Source: Candidatus Collierbacteria bacterium GW2011_GWA2_42_17 (GTDB lineage: Bacteria > Patescibacteriota > Microgenomatia > UBA1400 > MFAQ01). Taken from it: a stretch of 64,000 nucleotides of DNA. Position numbers and translations under genes: made by a program. The notes under the pieces were generated by a model. The model searched no databases. It saw only the letters and a program-made list of their open reading frames with translations, and was not told where the DNA came from. The stretch lies in contig LCDA01000003.1 of the NCBI GenBank assembly GCA_000998275.1, forward strand, positions 1,596 through 65,595, given 5' to 3'. Shown here piece after piece: positions 55,591 to 64,000 of this stretch (position 1 is the first letter of the stretch; each line of letters starts with the position of its first letter).

Positions 55591-56787
55591 GTGTCAAGAA
55601 AATTTCTTAAAACATATCACTTTTTGAGATCGGTGGTGGCATTGATATTTTACAGATTTCCGTCTCGAAAATTAAAAGTAATTGGGGTAACGGGGACAGA
55701 CGGTAAGACCACAACAGTGACAATGATCTATAAAATTCTCAAAGCTGCCGGAAAGAGAGTCTCGATGGTGTCTACCGTAGATGCGGTAATCGGATCGAAG
55801 AAAATCAGGACAGGACTGCACACAACGACTCCGGATCCATTTTTGATGCAAAAATTACTACGAAGAATGGTTGACGAAGGAGATGAGTATGCTGTTTTGG
55901 AGGTTAGTTCTCACGGGATTGATCAGTTTAGGGTTTTTGGTGTGAATTTTTTAGTGGGCGTGTTGACTAATATCACGAGGGAACATCTCGATTATCATGG
56001 GAGCTTTGACAGTTACCTGTCGACAAAAGCTATTTTTTTGAAGTCGGTTAAGACGGCGGTACTTAATAAAAGTGATGGATCTTATAAGGCTGTAAGAAAA
56101 ATAGTCGCTTCCGGAAATAAAATTGTCGAGTACCCCATATCCAGTCTGTCAGAAAGTCTCAAGAAAGGAGTAGAAAAATTCTCCGAACCATACAATCAGC
56201 TCAATGCTCAGGCAGCCATCATGGCAACTAAAGCAGTGGGGATAGCAGAAACAGAGATCGTTCAAGGACTTGCTTCGTTCAAGAGTATTGAGGGAAGGAT
56301 GGAGGAAGTTAAAAATGAGCGGGGAATTAGAATAATTGTGGACTTTGCTCATACGCCAAACGCATTGACAAATGTGTTGTCTATTCTAAGAAAAAAAGCC
56401 AAGAAAAGGGTGATCTGTGTTTTTGGTTGTGCCGGGGAGAGGGATCGTGAAAAGAGGCCGGTAATGGGTGAAATTGCAACCAGACTGGCTGATATAGCGA
56501 TCTTTACGGCAGAAGACCCTAGGAATGAGAGTATTAATGACATCATTAACTCGATGGAAAAAGGGGCATTAAAAGGAAAAAAGATCTATAAAATCCCAGA
56601 AAGGGGGGAGGCAATCAGATTTGCGATCAATGAAGTGGCTAAAAAAGATGATTTTGTGGTAATTTGCGGTAAAGGACATGAGAGGTCGATGGCATATGGA
56701 AAGGTCGAGTATCCTTGGTCGGATGCGGAAGCGGTGAAAAAAGCCTTGAAGAACAGAGTTATGCTTGTAAAAAGACCTGGTGTGTGA
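55591..56787 (+). CDS. Mur ligase family protein (MurE-like, short form lacking the N-terminal domain)
   Basis: VIGVTGTDGKTTT P-loop, central domain motifs (EVSSHG, NITREHLDYHG), C-terminal domain. 398 aa. Confidence 0.75.
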   Translation: MSRKFLKTYHFLRSVVALIFYRFPSRKLKVIGVTGTDGKTTTVTMIYKILKAAGKRVSMVSTVDAVIGSKKIRTGLHTTTPDPFLMQKLLRRMVDEGDEYAVLEVSSHGIDQFRVFGVNFLVGVLTNITREHLDYHGSFDSYLSTKAIFLKSVKTAVLNKSDGSYKAVRKIVASGNKIVEYPISSLSESLKKGVEKFSEPYNQLNAQAAIMATKAVGIAETEIVQGLASFKSIEGRMEEVKNERGIRIIVDFAHTPNALTNVLSILRKKAKKRVICVFGCAGERDREKRPVMGEIATRLADIAIFTAEDPRNESINDIINSMEKGALKGKKIYKIPERGEAIRFAINEVAKKDDFVVICGKGHERSMAYGKVEYPWSDAEAVKKALKNRVMLVKRPGV

Positions 56788-56867
56788 TGCCACGTTGACT
56801 TTAGACATTCCGTCACGGGATCAGCTCGAGTACGCGATTCGCAGTGACGAGGTAGTATGATTGAAAT

Positions 56868-57587
56868 ATGGATAAAAGGGGAAAATTGATTTATGCTTTC
56901 GTGGATGCGGCGAATATGTTTTATGGCGGTGAGCGAAGTTTGCACTGGAGAGTCGATTACGAAAAGTTGATAGCATATTTACGGGAGAAGTTCATGGTGT
57001 CCAGGGTTTTTTACTACTCAGGAATCGACGTAGATCAGTACAAAGAGGAGGGAAAAGAAGTCGATCTGGAAAAACTAGTAGCGTATTACAAAGGTGAGCT
57101 TTTGAATAAGGAAAAAACCGAAGAAGAAAAAGTGCTTTTGGGAAAACACCTGGAAAAAGCAAAGTTTTATCGAGATCTGGACAAATTTGGATATGAATTG
57201 AGAATAAAACCAACAAAAGTATTTACCAGCACCGAAGGCACAACTACCACCAAGGCTAACTGTGATGTGGATCTCACATTTGACATGATGAGATATATGT
57301 CGCAGTACAGCGAAGCGGTGGTGTTGTCCGGAGACGGGGACTTTGCCCCCATTTTGGAGTACCTGAAGAGAAAAAAGAAAAAGATTAGGGTGCTGGCGCG
57401 ATCCGAGCGGACGGCGAGGGAGATGAGAGAATTGGCGGGAGAGGATTTTGTGGATTTTAAATCAATCCGAGAAGAGGTTGAAGCCGACAAGGTGGAAAAG
57501 AAAACGGAAATAAAAAAGGAAATTGCGGTTACTGGCAAGAGAAAAGCTTTTGAGAGGAAGGTTCCAGTGTTTCGAAAAGGGTTTTAG
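56868..57587 (+). CDS. NYN-domain (LabA-like, PIN-related) protein
   Basis: YAFVDAANMFY, NCDVDLTFDMM, VVLSGDGDFAPIL acidic motifs. Lys/Glu-rich C-terminal tail. Confidence 0.7.
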   Translation: MDKRGKLIYAFVDAANMFYGGERSLHWRVDYEKLIAYLREKFMVSRVFYYSGIDVDQYKEEGKEVDLEKLVAYYKGELLNKEKTEEEKVLLGKHLEKAKFYRDLDKFGYELRIKPTKVFTSTEGTTTTKANCDVDLTFDMMRYMSQYSEAVVLSGDGDFAPILEYLKRKKKKIRVLARSERTAREMRELAGEDFVDFKSIREEVEADKVEKKTEIKKEIAVTGKRKAFERKVPVFRKGF

Positions 57588-58882
57588 TTTTCAACCTTGA
57601 AGTCGTTTTCGAGGTTGGTGGAGAGAGTCTGATTGTCGATATTGATTGTTTGAGGTGAGGAAACAAGGCCGTGTTGTTTAAGAATGGTTAGGGAGTAGTT
57701 ATCACCGGAGATGGGGAGAGTGTAGGAAAGAGTGACTTGGGTCTGATTTTGAGCGGGAGTAGTTAACCAGAAGCCAATCTCGGTGAGACCGTATTTTTGA
57801 ATAATGGACGCGGGTTTGAAAACAGCAGTTTCTTTGTTGGCAATCTCCGGTATTTCGCGGTCGATGTTTATATTTTCGGCATTGGCGGGAAGATAGAAAC
57901 GAAGATAGGCGATGTAGTCACCACCATAATGGAAGGGAGGATTGGGGCTGGCTTCAACTGAGGCGTTATGAAATTTGACGGTGATTTTGTGGGTAACCAG
58001 ATTGTTTTGGAGGGAAATGATATGGCTGGTTTTCCGTTGGATATAGGCGTTGGCTTTGTTGGCGCCAAGGTTGGTTTCGATCAATAAATAGGTATCCGGG
58101 CTAGAGGAAACCAGTTGGCCGGCGAAGTTTTTCTTTTCCAGGAAGTTTTGGAAGTTTTCATCGGTAGAGTTTATGACGATGTTTTGATTGACTAGGTCCT
58201 GATACATGATTTTGGAGACCTTGACCTTTTTGTTTAGAGGAAGATTGAGGATTTCTTTTTTGAAAGATAGACCGACAGCCGTAAGGGTGTCTTTTTTTTG
58301 AGTGGAGCCAGGGAAAAAGTTCATTTCAGTCTTACCTTGGAGAAAGAGATAGAGATTGTCGGGGGTAATTTGGGCATCGTACTCGGGGACAGTAAAAGTG
58401 CCGACAACATCGAGAACTTTCTTGATGGTCGTTAGGTTGAGAATGAGGAGATTGTCGGGATTGATCTCTCCCCCTTTTTCCATAAACCAACGGAGAGTGG
58501 TGGCCGTGGTGGGGAAGTCCGGTTCCCAGTCGGCGTTGGCGAGCTCCCAGGAGCCGTGTTTGAAAGCTTCCTGAATGGGAGCGGGAGGGGTGACGTAACC
58601 TTTGAGCTGACCGTTGGGGACGTAGATATCCTGAAAGGAGAGCTCAAATTTGGGGTAGTTGGCGATGAGCTTGGCGTAGGATCCGGCAAAACCACCGTTG
58701 GCGCGCATCTCGGCGTCGTTTCCGAGAAGGATGAGGTAGGAGACGGGTTTGTTGATACCTAGAAGGTAGTTGGTGAAGGGAAGGTAGGGCTTGATAAAAC
58801 GGGTGAGAGGAAGGGAAATGATGATAAAAAGGCTGAGGATGAGGGATAAGATGAGAAAGAAAGACGGTGATGTCCGACGCAT
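57584..58882 (-). CDS. DUF4012 domain membrane-anchored protein
   Basis: N-terminal TM, then LLLGNDAEMRANGGFAGSYA, diagnostic for DUF4012. Confidence 0.6.
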   Translation of the reverse strand: MRRTSPSFFLILSLILSLFIIISLPLTRFIKPYLPFTNYLLGINKPVSYLILLGNDAEMRANGGFAGSYAKLIANYPKFELSFQDIYVPNGQLKGYVTPPAPIQEAFKHGSWELANADWEPDFPTTATTLRWFMEKGGEINPDNLLILNLTTIKKVLDVVGTFTVPEYDAQITPDNLYLFLQGKTEMNFFPGSTQKKDTLTAVGLSFKKEILNLPLNKKVKVSKIMYQDLVNQNIVINSTDENFQNFLEKKNFAGQLVSSSPDTYLLIETNLGANKANAYIQRKTSHIISLQNNLVTHKITVKFHNASVEASPNPPFHYGGDYIAYLRFYLPANAENINIDREIPEIANKETAVFKPASIIQKYGLTEIGFWLTTPAQNQTQVTLSYTLPISGDNYSLTILKQHGLVSSPQTINIDNQTLSTNLENDFKVEN

Positions 58883-58884
58883 AA

Positions 58885-59229
58885 CTAATTAAAAACTGCA
58901 GATTCTAGACGATCAATTCTTTTGTCTTGTTTTTCGATACGCTGTCTGAAGGAAGAGTTTATTTCGGTTTCTTGGCGGAGCTCTTTAATTTCGGTGATGA
59001 TAGCATCCTTAAAGTCGAGAAGATCGTTGCGAAGTTCGTGTCTTAAGTCCTCACCGTCTTGTTTGGTAAATAAATCTGATTTTTCTACAAGAAACTCTTT
59101 CTTAGTGAGGAGGTCTTTCTTTGCATCAAGAAACTCTTTCTTAGTGAGGAGGTCTTTCTTTGCATCAAGAAACTCTTTCTTAGTGAGAAAGTGCTTTTCC
59201 ATCAACTCAATGTCTTTTGGGGTTAACAT
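58885..59229 (-). CDS. Coiled-coil protein with internal LTKKEFLDAKKDL repeats
   Basis: 114 aa. A 39-bp DNA tandem repeat (59089-59195) encodes 2.5 copies. C-terminal heptad region. Confidence 0.45.
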   Translation of the reverse strand: MLTPKDIELMEKHFLTKKEFLDAKKDLLTKKEFLDAKKDLLTKKEFLVEKSDLFTKQDGEDLRHELRNDLLDFKDAIITEIKELRQETEINSSFRQRIEKQDKRIDRLESAVFN

Positions 59230-59258
59230 ACTATCAGTATATCAATTAAAATAGAGGG

Positions 59259-59945
59259 ATGACACTTAGAGAGAGGTTATTACTATCACCCCTTTATGAT
59301 TGGTTTGGGAAGCGATCCTATGCTCAGTCAGGGGAGGATATTATTGCCGATCTGGAGTTAGGCAGAAAAGGTAAAGGAGTATATATAGATGTAGGAGCTT
59401 TTCACCCTAAACTGTTTTCGAACACCTATTTGTTTTATAAACGGGGATGGAGTGGAGTATGTATTGAGCCGAGACCGGAAGCAAAAGAGTGGTTTTTGAA
59501 GGTAAGAAACCGTGATAAGTTTGTGGGGATGGGAGTAGGAGCCAAAAAAGATGTTTTGGAGTACTTTGAGTTTGATGATAGTGCTACAAATACTTTTTTG
59601 AAAGATCAAGTAGAAAAAAATATCAAAGAAGCGGGGAGGAAACTAAAACGAAAAATAAATGTGGCAGTGATGCCCCTAGCCGATATTTTGGCGAGTAGTG
59701 GGTTGGGGAATGCCCCTATTGATTTGATGTCTGTGGACGTTGAAGGGATGGATTTGGAAGTTTTGGCTTCAAATGACTGGAAAAAATATAGACCAAAACT
59801 GGTTATCTGTGAGGATTTGGAGTATGATTTTGAGAGTCCGAAGTCGTCTGGAACAGTAAAATATCTTTTGGGTCTAGGATATGGGTTGGTTGCCAAGACG
59901 CCTTACAGTTTGATATTTAAGGATAAAAATACTAGAGAAGAGTGA
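59259..59945 (+). CDS. FkbM family methyltransferase
   Basis: YIDVGAFHPKLFSNT...GVCIEPRPEA matches the FkbM motif (DVGA..G, ..EP.P). Confidence 0.65.
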   Translation: MTLRERLLLSPLYDWFGKRSYAQSGEDIIADLELGRKGKGVYIDVGAFHPKLFSNTYLFYKRGWSGVCIEPRPEAKEWFLKVRNRDKFVGMGVGAKKDVLEYFEFDDSATNTFLKDQVEKNIKEAGRKLKRKINVAVMPLADILASSGLGNAPIDLMSVDVEGMDLEVLASNDWKKYRPKLVICEDLEYDFESPKSSGTVKYLLGLGYGLVAKTPYSLIFKDKNTREE

Positions 59946-60068
59946 GTTGTAGAAGGATTGGGAAAATTTGGTAAAATTTGTGAGGTTTGATTTGGAGAGC
60001 TTAAAAGGGTTAAAATTATAAGAGAAAAAGAAGTACTGTGCTAAAATATTGGTCGATTAAGTAAACAA

Positions 60069-61220
60069 ATGAAACATTTTTTAAACTACTGGATAAAAGA
60101 CTTTTTTGAATACATAGGGCTGCTTTTTTCTCATTTCGTAAAGTATTACCTTTCACCCAAGTTTGCGGTTTTTGAGTCTTTTAAATCTCTCTTGGTGGGT
60201 AAGATGTATCAGCATCGAGGTAAAAATGCCCAACTTTTTGTGAATGCGGCGATGGTGACGGTGATGGTGGTGGGAATAGCGTTTGGACCTTCTTTGGTGA
60301 CTAACGATTCTCAAACACAAGCAGTTTTGGCCTCTGGTTTTAGGAGTAAATTTGTTTTTGCCGAAGAAGGTACCGGAACTGGGGGAAGCCAAGTTTTGGG
60401 ATTAACTACTGATGCACAAATGACAGTGGATCCTTTGACGCAGGTTTCTGATAAACCTAGAGCGGATGTTTTTGAGTACACGGTGGAGGATGGAGACACA
60501 CTAGCAGCAATTGCCAAAAAGTTTGGCGTGGACACGGACTCAATTAAGTGGTTGAACTCGGGCTTGAACGAGAAAAAAATTAAACCAGGCACGGTAATGA
60601 AGATTCCACCGGTAACGGGTGTGATGCACACGGTAAAGAGTGGCGAGACGGTTTACTCTATTGCTAAACGTTACAATGTGTCTGCTCAGGCGATTGTCGA
60701 CTTCCCCTTTAACGAGTTTAGTAATGACGAAACCTTTGCTTTAGCGATTGGTCAGGAGATTGTGGTTCCTGATGGTGAGATGCCTGAGGAAATAATTACT
60801 TCACCAAGAAGCAACTTGGCTAATACTCTGACACCTAATGCCGGTGCGGTATCGGCTACCGGAAGCTGGATATGGCCGGCAGCGGGGACGATTACTCAGT
60901 GGTACAAAGCATGGCATAAAGGATTGGATATTGCCAACCGTAGTGGGGGAAATATCTTGGCGGCGGATTCCGGAACGGTAATAGTGGCCGGATGGCCGGA
61001 TAACTCGGGTTACGGAAACCGAGTGATGATTGATCATGGAAACGGATATAAAACTTTGTATGCACATATGAGTAAGATTGCGGTGACTGTGGGTCAAACA
61101 GTGAAGAGGGGAAATGTTATTGGCCAAATGGGTTCAACAGGGAGATCAACGGGAACTCACCTCCACTTCGAGATTCGCTCGGATGCGGGGAATAGAGATC
61201 CAATTGGAGTGTTGAAGTAA
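60069..61220 (+). CDS. LysM-domain M23 family metallopeptidase
   Basis: Two LysM repeats (YTVEDGDTLAAIAKKFGV, HTVKSGETVYSIAKRYNV) and an M23 core (HKGLDIA, DHGNGYKTLYAHM, GSTGRSTGTHLHFEIR). N-terminal TM. Confidence 0.85.
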   Translation: MKHFLNYWIKDFFEYIGLLFSHFVKYYLSPKFAVFESFKSLLVGKMYQHRGKNAQLFVNAAMVTVMVVGIAFGPSLVTNDSQTQAVLASGFRSKFVFAEEGTGTGGSQVLGLTTDAQMTVDPLTQVSDKPRADVFEYTVEDGDTLAAIAKKFGVDTDSIKWLNSGLNEKKIKPGTVMKIPPVTGVMHTVKSGETVYSIAKRYNVSAQAIVDFPFNEFSNDETFALAIGQEIVVPDGEMPEEIITSPRSNLANTLTPNAGAVSATGSWIWPAAGTITQWYKAWHKGLDIANRSGGNILAADSGTVIVAGWPDNSGYGNRVMIDHGNGYKTLYAHMSKIAVTVGQTVKRGNVIGQMGSTGRSTGTHLHFEIRSDAGNRDPIGVLK

Positions 61221-61273
61221 CCCGAAACATGGGAAAAGTATCTATGTACGGCGATAAATGTTAGAATACAGGC

Positions 61274-62350
61274 ATGGTTGACCATGTAAATATATTTGTA
61301 CGAGCGGGAAACGGTGGAGCTGGTGCCGTGTCTTTTCGGAGAGAGAAATTTATTCCCAAGGGTGGTCCTGATGGCGGTGACGGGGGTAAGGGTGGAAATG
61401 TGTATTTGGAGACCGATCCAAATCTGTCGACATTACAAGACTTTGCACATAATAAAAAGTTTGCGGCGGGAGATGGAATGAAAGGTGGGGGTAAAAAAAT
61501 GTCCGGTGCCAAGGGTGAGGACATTATCATAAAAGTTCCGGTAGGTACTCTGGTGAAACTGACGCGACTGGCTTTGGAGACGGACGAGGAAAAAGACATC
61601 CGTGTTCGGGGGATGAAACTGGGCGTTTTGGGAAAACTTTTTAGACAGGGACATATTGAGGGAGAAACATGGCAGCACTTGGACATGAGTGAACCCGGAA
61701 TGAGTCTTCGAATTGCCCGCGGAGGTAAGGGAGGAAGAGGTAACGTACATTTTAAAGGCTCGAGTAGAACGACACCCATGATTGCCGAAGATGGACAGAT
61801 GGGAGAGTCTTTTGAAGTAGAGTTGGAACTGAAACTTTTGGCCGATGTGGGCTTGGTGGGTTTGCCAAATGCCGGAAAATCAACTTTATTATCGGTGCTG
61901 TCTAACGCTCGTCCTAAGGTGGCCGATTATGAGTTTACTACCCTGGAGCCAAATCTGGGGGTGTTAAAAGCGGCGGATAAACATCTGGTAATTGCCGATA
62001 TTCCCGGGCTCATTGAAGGGGCTAGCGAGGGTAAGGGACTGGGAATAAAATTCCTCAAACATATTGAACGAACCAGGGTTTTGGTGCATCTCGTACCAAG
62101 TATTGGTGGAACTCCCGAAGAAATTTACGCGAAGTATAAAGTGATTAGAAAAGAACTGAAAGCCTTTGAAGCGGGTTTAGAAGATAAGAAAGAGATTGTA
62201 GTACTTTCGAAAATCGATTTAGTTGATGATGGACTGGTCAAAAAAACGGTTAGTTACTTTAAGAAAAAGAAAATAGCGTTGTTACCAATGTCGGCAGCGA
62301 CGGGCAATGGAGTAAAACAACTGGTGAGTGAGATTCTAAAAAAGAGCTAA
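61274..62350 (+). CDS. obg: GTPase Obg/CgtA
   Basis: Gly-rich Obg fold N-terminus (AGNGGAGAVSFRREK..GGPDGGDGGKGG) and G domain (GLPNAGKSTLLS, DIPGLIEGA). Confidence 0.95.
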   Translation: MVDHVNIFVRAGNGGAGAVSFRREKFIPKGGPDGGDGGKGGNVYLETDPNLSTLQDFAHNKKFAAGDGMKGGGKKMSGAKGEDIIIKVPVGTLVKLTRLALETDEEKDIRVRGMKLGVLGKLFRQGHIEGETWQHLDMSEPGMSLRIARGGKGGRGNVHFKGSSRTTPMIAEDGQMGESFEVELELKLLADVGLVGLPNAGKSTLLSVLSNARPKVADYEFTTLEPNLGVLKAADKHLVIADIPGLIEGASEGKGLGIKFLKHIERTRVLVHLVPSIGGTPEEIYAKYKVIRKELKAFEAGLEDKKEIVVLSKIDLVDDGLVKKTVSYFKKKKIALLPMSAATGNGVKQLVSEILKKS

Positions 62351-63027
62351 AAATCGACACACTCTCTTATATATTCATTCGAGTCAGGGTATTTTGTGCT
62401 GCAGTTGGTGATGGAGCCATCCTGGTTGGTTATCGGACTGCAGTTTGAGGTGCAAAATGACGGACTACAGGCAGGAATTTCGTCTTGGGAAACCACGACA
62501 CAGGCACCATTTTTGCACCCATAATGAATTGGACACAACTGCCGGAAACTACAACCAAAAGAGATATCGGCGTTTAGCATTCCCGGAGAGTTAAAAGCAA
62601 TTGTTTTGGGACAGTAGTCAATGTTGTTTGCTTGGCTGTCGAAAAAGGAGTATATCTGAGCATAGACGGCGTATTGTTGGGGACAAGAGGAGTTTACGGG
62701 TGTGACATAGATGGTGTAGGGTTTTTTAGAGTTGGGATCACAGGGAATGGCGTCAAGGTAGGGTTTGAGAAAGTCGGAGTCGCAAGCGTAACTAGGGCGG
62801 CCTTGAGAGTCTGTTAGAGGAAACTGTGGATAGCAGTCGTGATCGGAGTAGTAGGATTCCAGAGCAATCTTGATTTTGGAAAGGTCGGATTTACGGCGAG
62901 AGTCATATCCTTTAAAGATCTGGGCCATGGGGTTTATGCCGACTAAAAGAGCCATGCCAAGAACGACGATGATGGTAACGACGACCAGAATTTCGCTTAG
63001 GGTGAAGCCTTTGTGTTTGGTGGTCAT
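62347..63027 (-). CDS. Type IV pilin-like protein (prepilin N-terminal methylation motif) with Cys-rich C-terminal domain
   Basis: KGFTLSEILVVVTIIVVLG (GFTLxE class III signal plus hydrophobic helix). Ten Cys in the C-terminal half. Confidence 0.75.
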   Translation of the reverse strand: MTTKHKGFTLSEILVVVTIIVVLGMALLVGINPMAQIFKGYDSRRKSDLSKIKIALESYYSDHDCYPQFPLTDSQGRPSYACDSDFLKPYLDAIPCDPNSKKPYTIYVTPVNSSCPQQYAVYAQIYSFFDSQANNIDYCPKTIAFNSPGMLNADISFGCSFRQLCPIHYGCKNGACVVVSQDEIPACSPSFCTSNCSPITNQDGSITNCSTKYPDSNEYIRECVDF

Positions 63028-63083
63028 AATTTATTGTATTACGAAATTAACTGTTAGTTTGATTAATATTTTGAATTGGCTCA

Positions 63084-64000
63084 TTATTTTGTTTCGACTA
63101 ACCAGAAGTTAAAGGAAATATCAGCGGTTGATTTTTTGGCGATGGCGATGGTGAAGCCCACTCCGCTTTGTTTTGACTTAACATAAAGCACTTCACCACC
63201 AGTGTCGGAGGTGGGAGTGACGTAGATGAGAGTAGTATCGGTAATCTTGGTGTTGAGAATATTTATTTCGGTGGTATTGGCAGTGATAGTGCCTGTGCCG
63301 ATGGTAGCGTTAGTGTTGGTTTGAGTACTGCCGGAGCCGGAGGAAGAATTGTTTCCCGAGGCAATGATTAAACCATCGGTAGTAAGCTCAGTGAATCTAG
63401 CCGATTCGGTGGCGATAGTAGAGGAACCGACGGCGAGAGTACCGGAAACGGTAGCTGTTTGGGTGTCTAAACTCTTGGACAGTAGGTTGCCAGTGACTAA
63501 AAGATCGCCATTAACCACTACTTTGCCATCAGGATCGAGAATCATGAGTTTGTTTGAGATGTACACAAGTTTGTCTCCCGTTGGTTGAATATATAGATCG
63601 GTATCGAAGGCAGAGATTGATTGGGTAAAGATGGCTCCGTTGGCCAGCATGTCATTAGTGATGAGAGTATGCACATTTAGAGAGTTGAGGGCAAGGTCAG
63701 AGGGAATAATGGGAGTAGTTTTGGCAAGTGGAGAAAGCGCGAGGGGATCTCCGGAGATGATAGCTGAGGAAGTAGCACCAAAAAGTGAGGAGTAGGTGGA
63801 GTAACGCGCTTCAAGGTCGGCGAGAATTCCCGAAGCAGTTGAGTATTTTTTGTCGAGGAGATTAATTTCAGTGCGAAGATTATCTACCGTTTCACTTTTA
63901 ATGTTATCGGCGTAAAGGGTACCGGAGATAGTGGCATCAATTGTTTTTAGTTGATCGATGTCGGCTAAGGGCGAAATAAGTTTGGTTTTAACAGTAAGAT
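63084..64000 (-). CDS. Ser/Thr-rich secreted or surface protein, 5' end beyond window
   Basis: The reading frame stays open upstream of the track's GTG start through to the window end (LTVKTKLISPLADIDQLKTIDATISGTLYADNIKSETVDNL...). T/S/G-rich repetitive composition. Confidence 0.45.
   Translation of the reverse strand, partial: LTVKTKLISPLADIDQLKTIDATISGTLYADNIKSETVDNLRTEINLLDKKYSTASGILADLEARYSTYSSLFGATSSAIISGDPLALSPLAKTTPIIPSDLALNSLNVHTLITNDMLANGAIFTQSISAFDTDLYIQPTGDKLVYISNKLMILDPDGKVVVNGDLLVTGNLLSKSLDTQTATVSGTLAVGSSTIATESARFTELTTDGLIIASGNNSSSGSGSTQTNTNATIGTGTITANTTEINILNTKITDTTLIYVTPTSDTGGEVLYVKSKQSGVGFTIAIAKKSTADISFNFWLVETK

Noticed and set aside
1-64000. tRNA, rRNA and CRISPR arrays
   Set aside because: No T-arm/anticodon-arm cloverleaf candidates (GTTCGAATC-like) were found in intergenic regions. 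No rRNA-like conserved stretches. No arrays of regularly spaced direct repeats with unique spacers. The only short repeats are the two- and three-copy elements already described.

Overview
This is a low-GC (about 40%) bacterial chromosomal window that mixes housekeeping genes with several accessory or mosaic regions. The housekeeping genes are rpsA, radA, rho, obg, ddl, murF, mraY, a MurE-like ligase and lpxC. The gene content (many small secreted or membrane hypotheticals, a type IV pilin, a sortase, compact operons, occasional leaderless-looking starts) resembles uncultivated small-genome lineages such as the Candidate Phyla Radiation; that is inference only. I found no rRNA, tRNA or CRISPR array.

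The main accessory structures are:
(1) A roughly 14 kb copper/heavy-metal island (about 2.3-16.6 kb). It holds two P1B-type ATPases (one with CPD in place of CPC in TM4), three HMA metallochaperones, two HMA + DsbD_2-like + cupredoxin-like fusion membrane proteins, a CcdA/DsbD-like protein, DUF1573, DUF2933-like and MerT-like small membrane proteins, a CFA synthase, and a BlaI/CopY-type repressor co-transcribed with a BlaR1-like M56 membrane peptidase. Three promoters carry the same ACTAC-N5-GTAGT dyad abutting the ATG.
(2) A mosaic cassette (about 28.9-37.0 kb) with a radical SAM/SPASM enzyme, an adjacent PqqD-like small protein, three methyltransferases, a GNAT, a GT-A-like protein, an asparagine-synthetase-like protein lacking the N-terminal glutaminase Cys, and a 35-aa acidic peptide ORF. 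It is bounded by two gene-end remnants (an ABC ATPase 3' end and an lpxC 3' end).
(3) A tandem pair of structured repeat elements with compensatory changes (17105-17330).
(4) A 560-bp non-coding region with a promoter and terminators (20150-20715).
(5) A sortase operon next to a GHKL ATPase + STAS-like pair.
(6) An 841-aa secreted Cys-rich protein with thrombospondin-type-1-like modules.

All functional calls rest on motifs read directly from the translations. No database search was possible.
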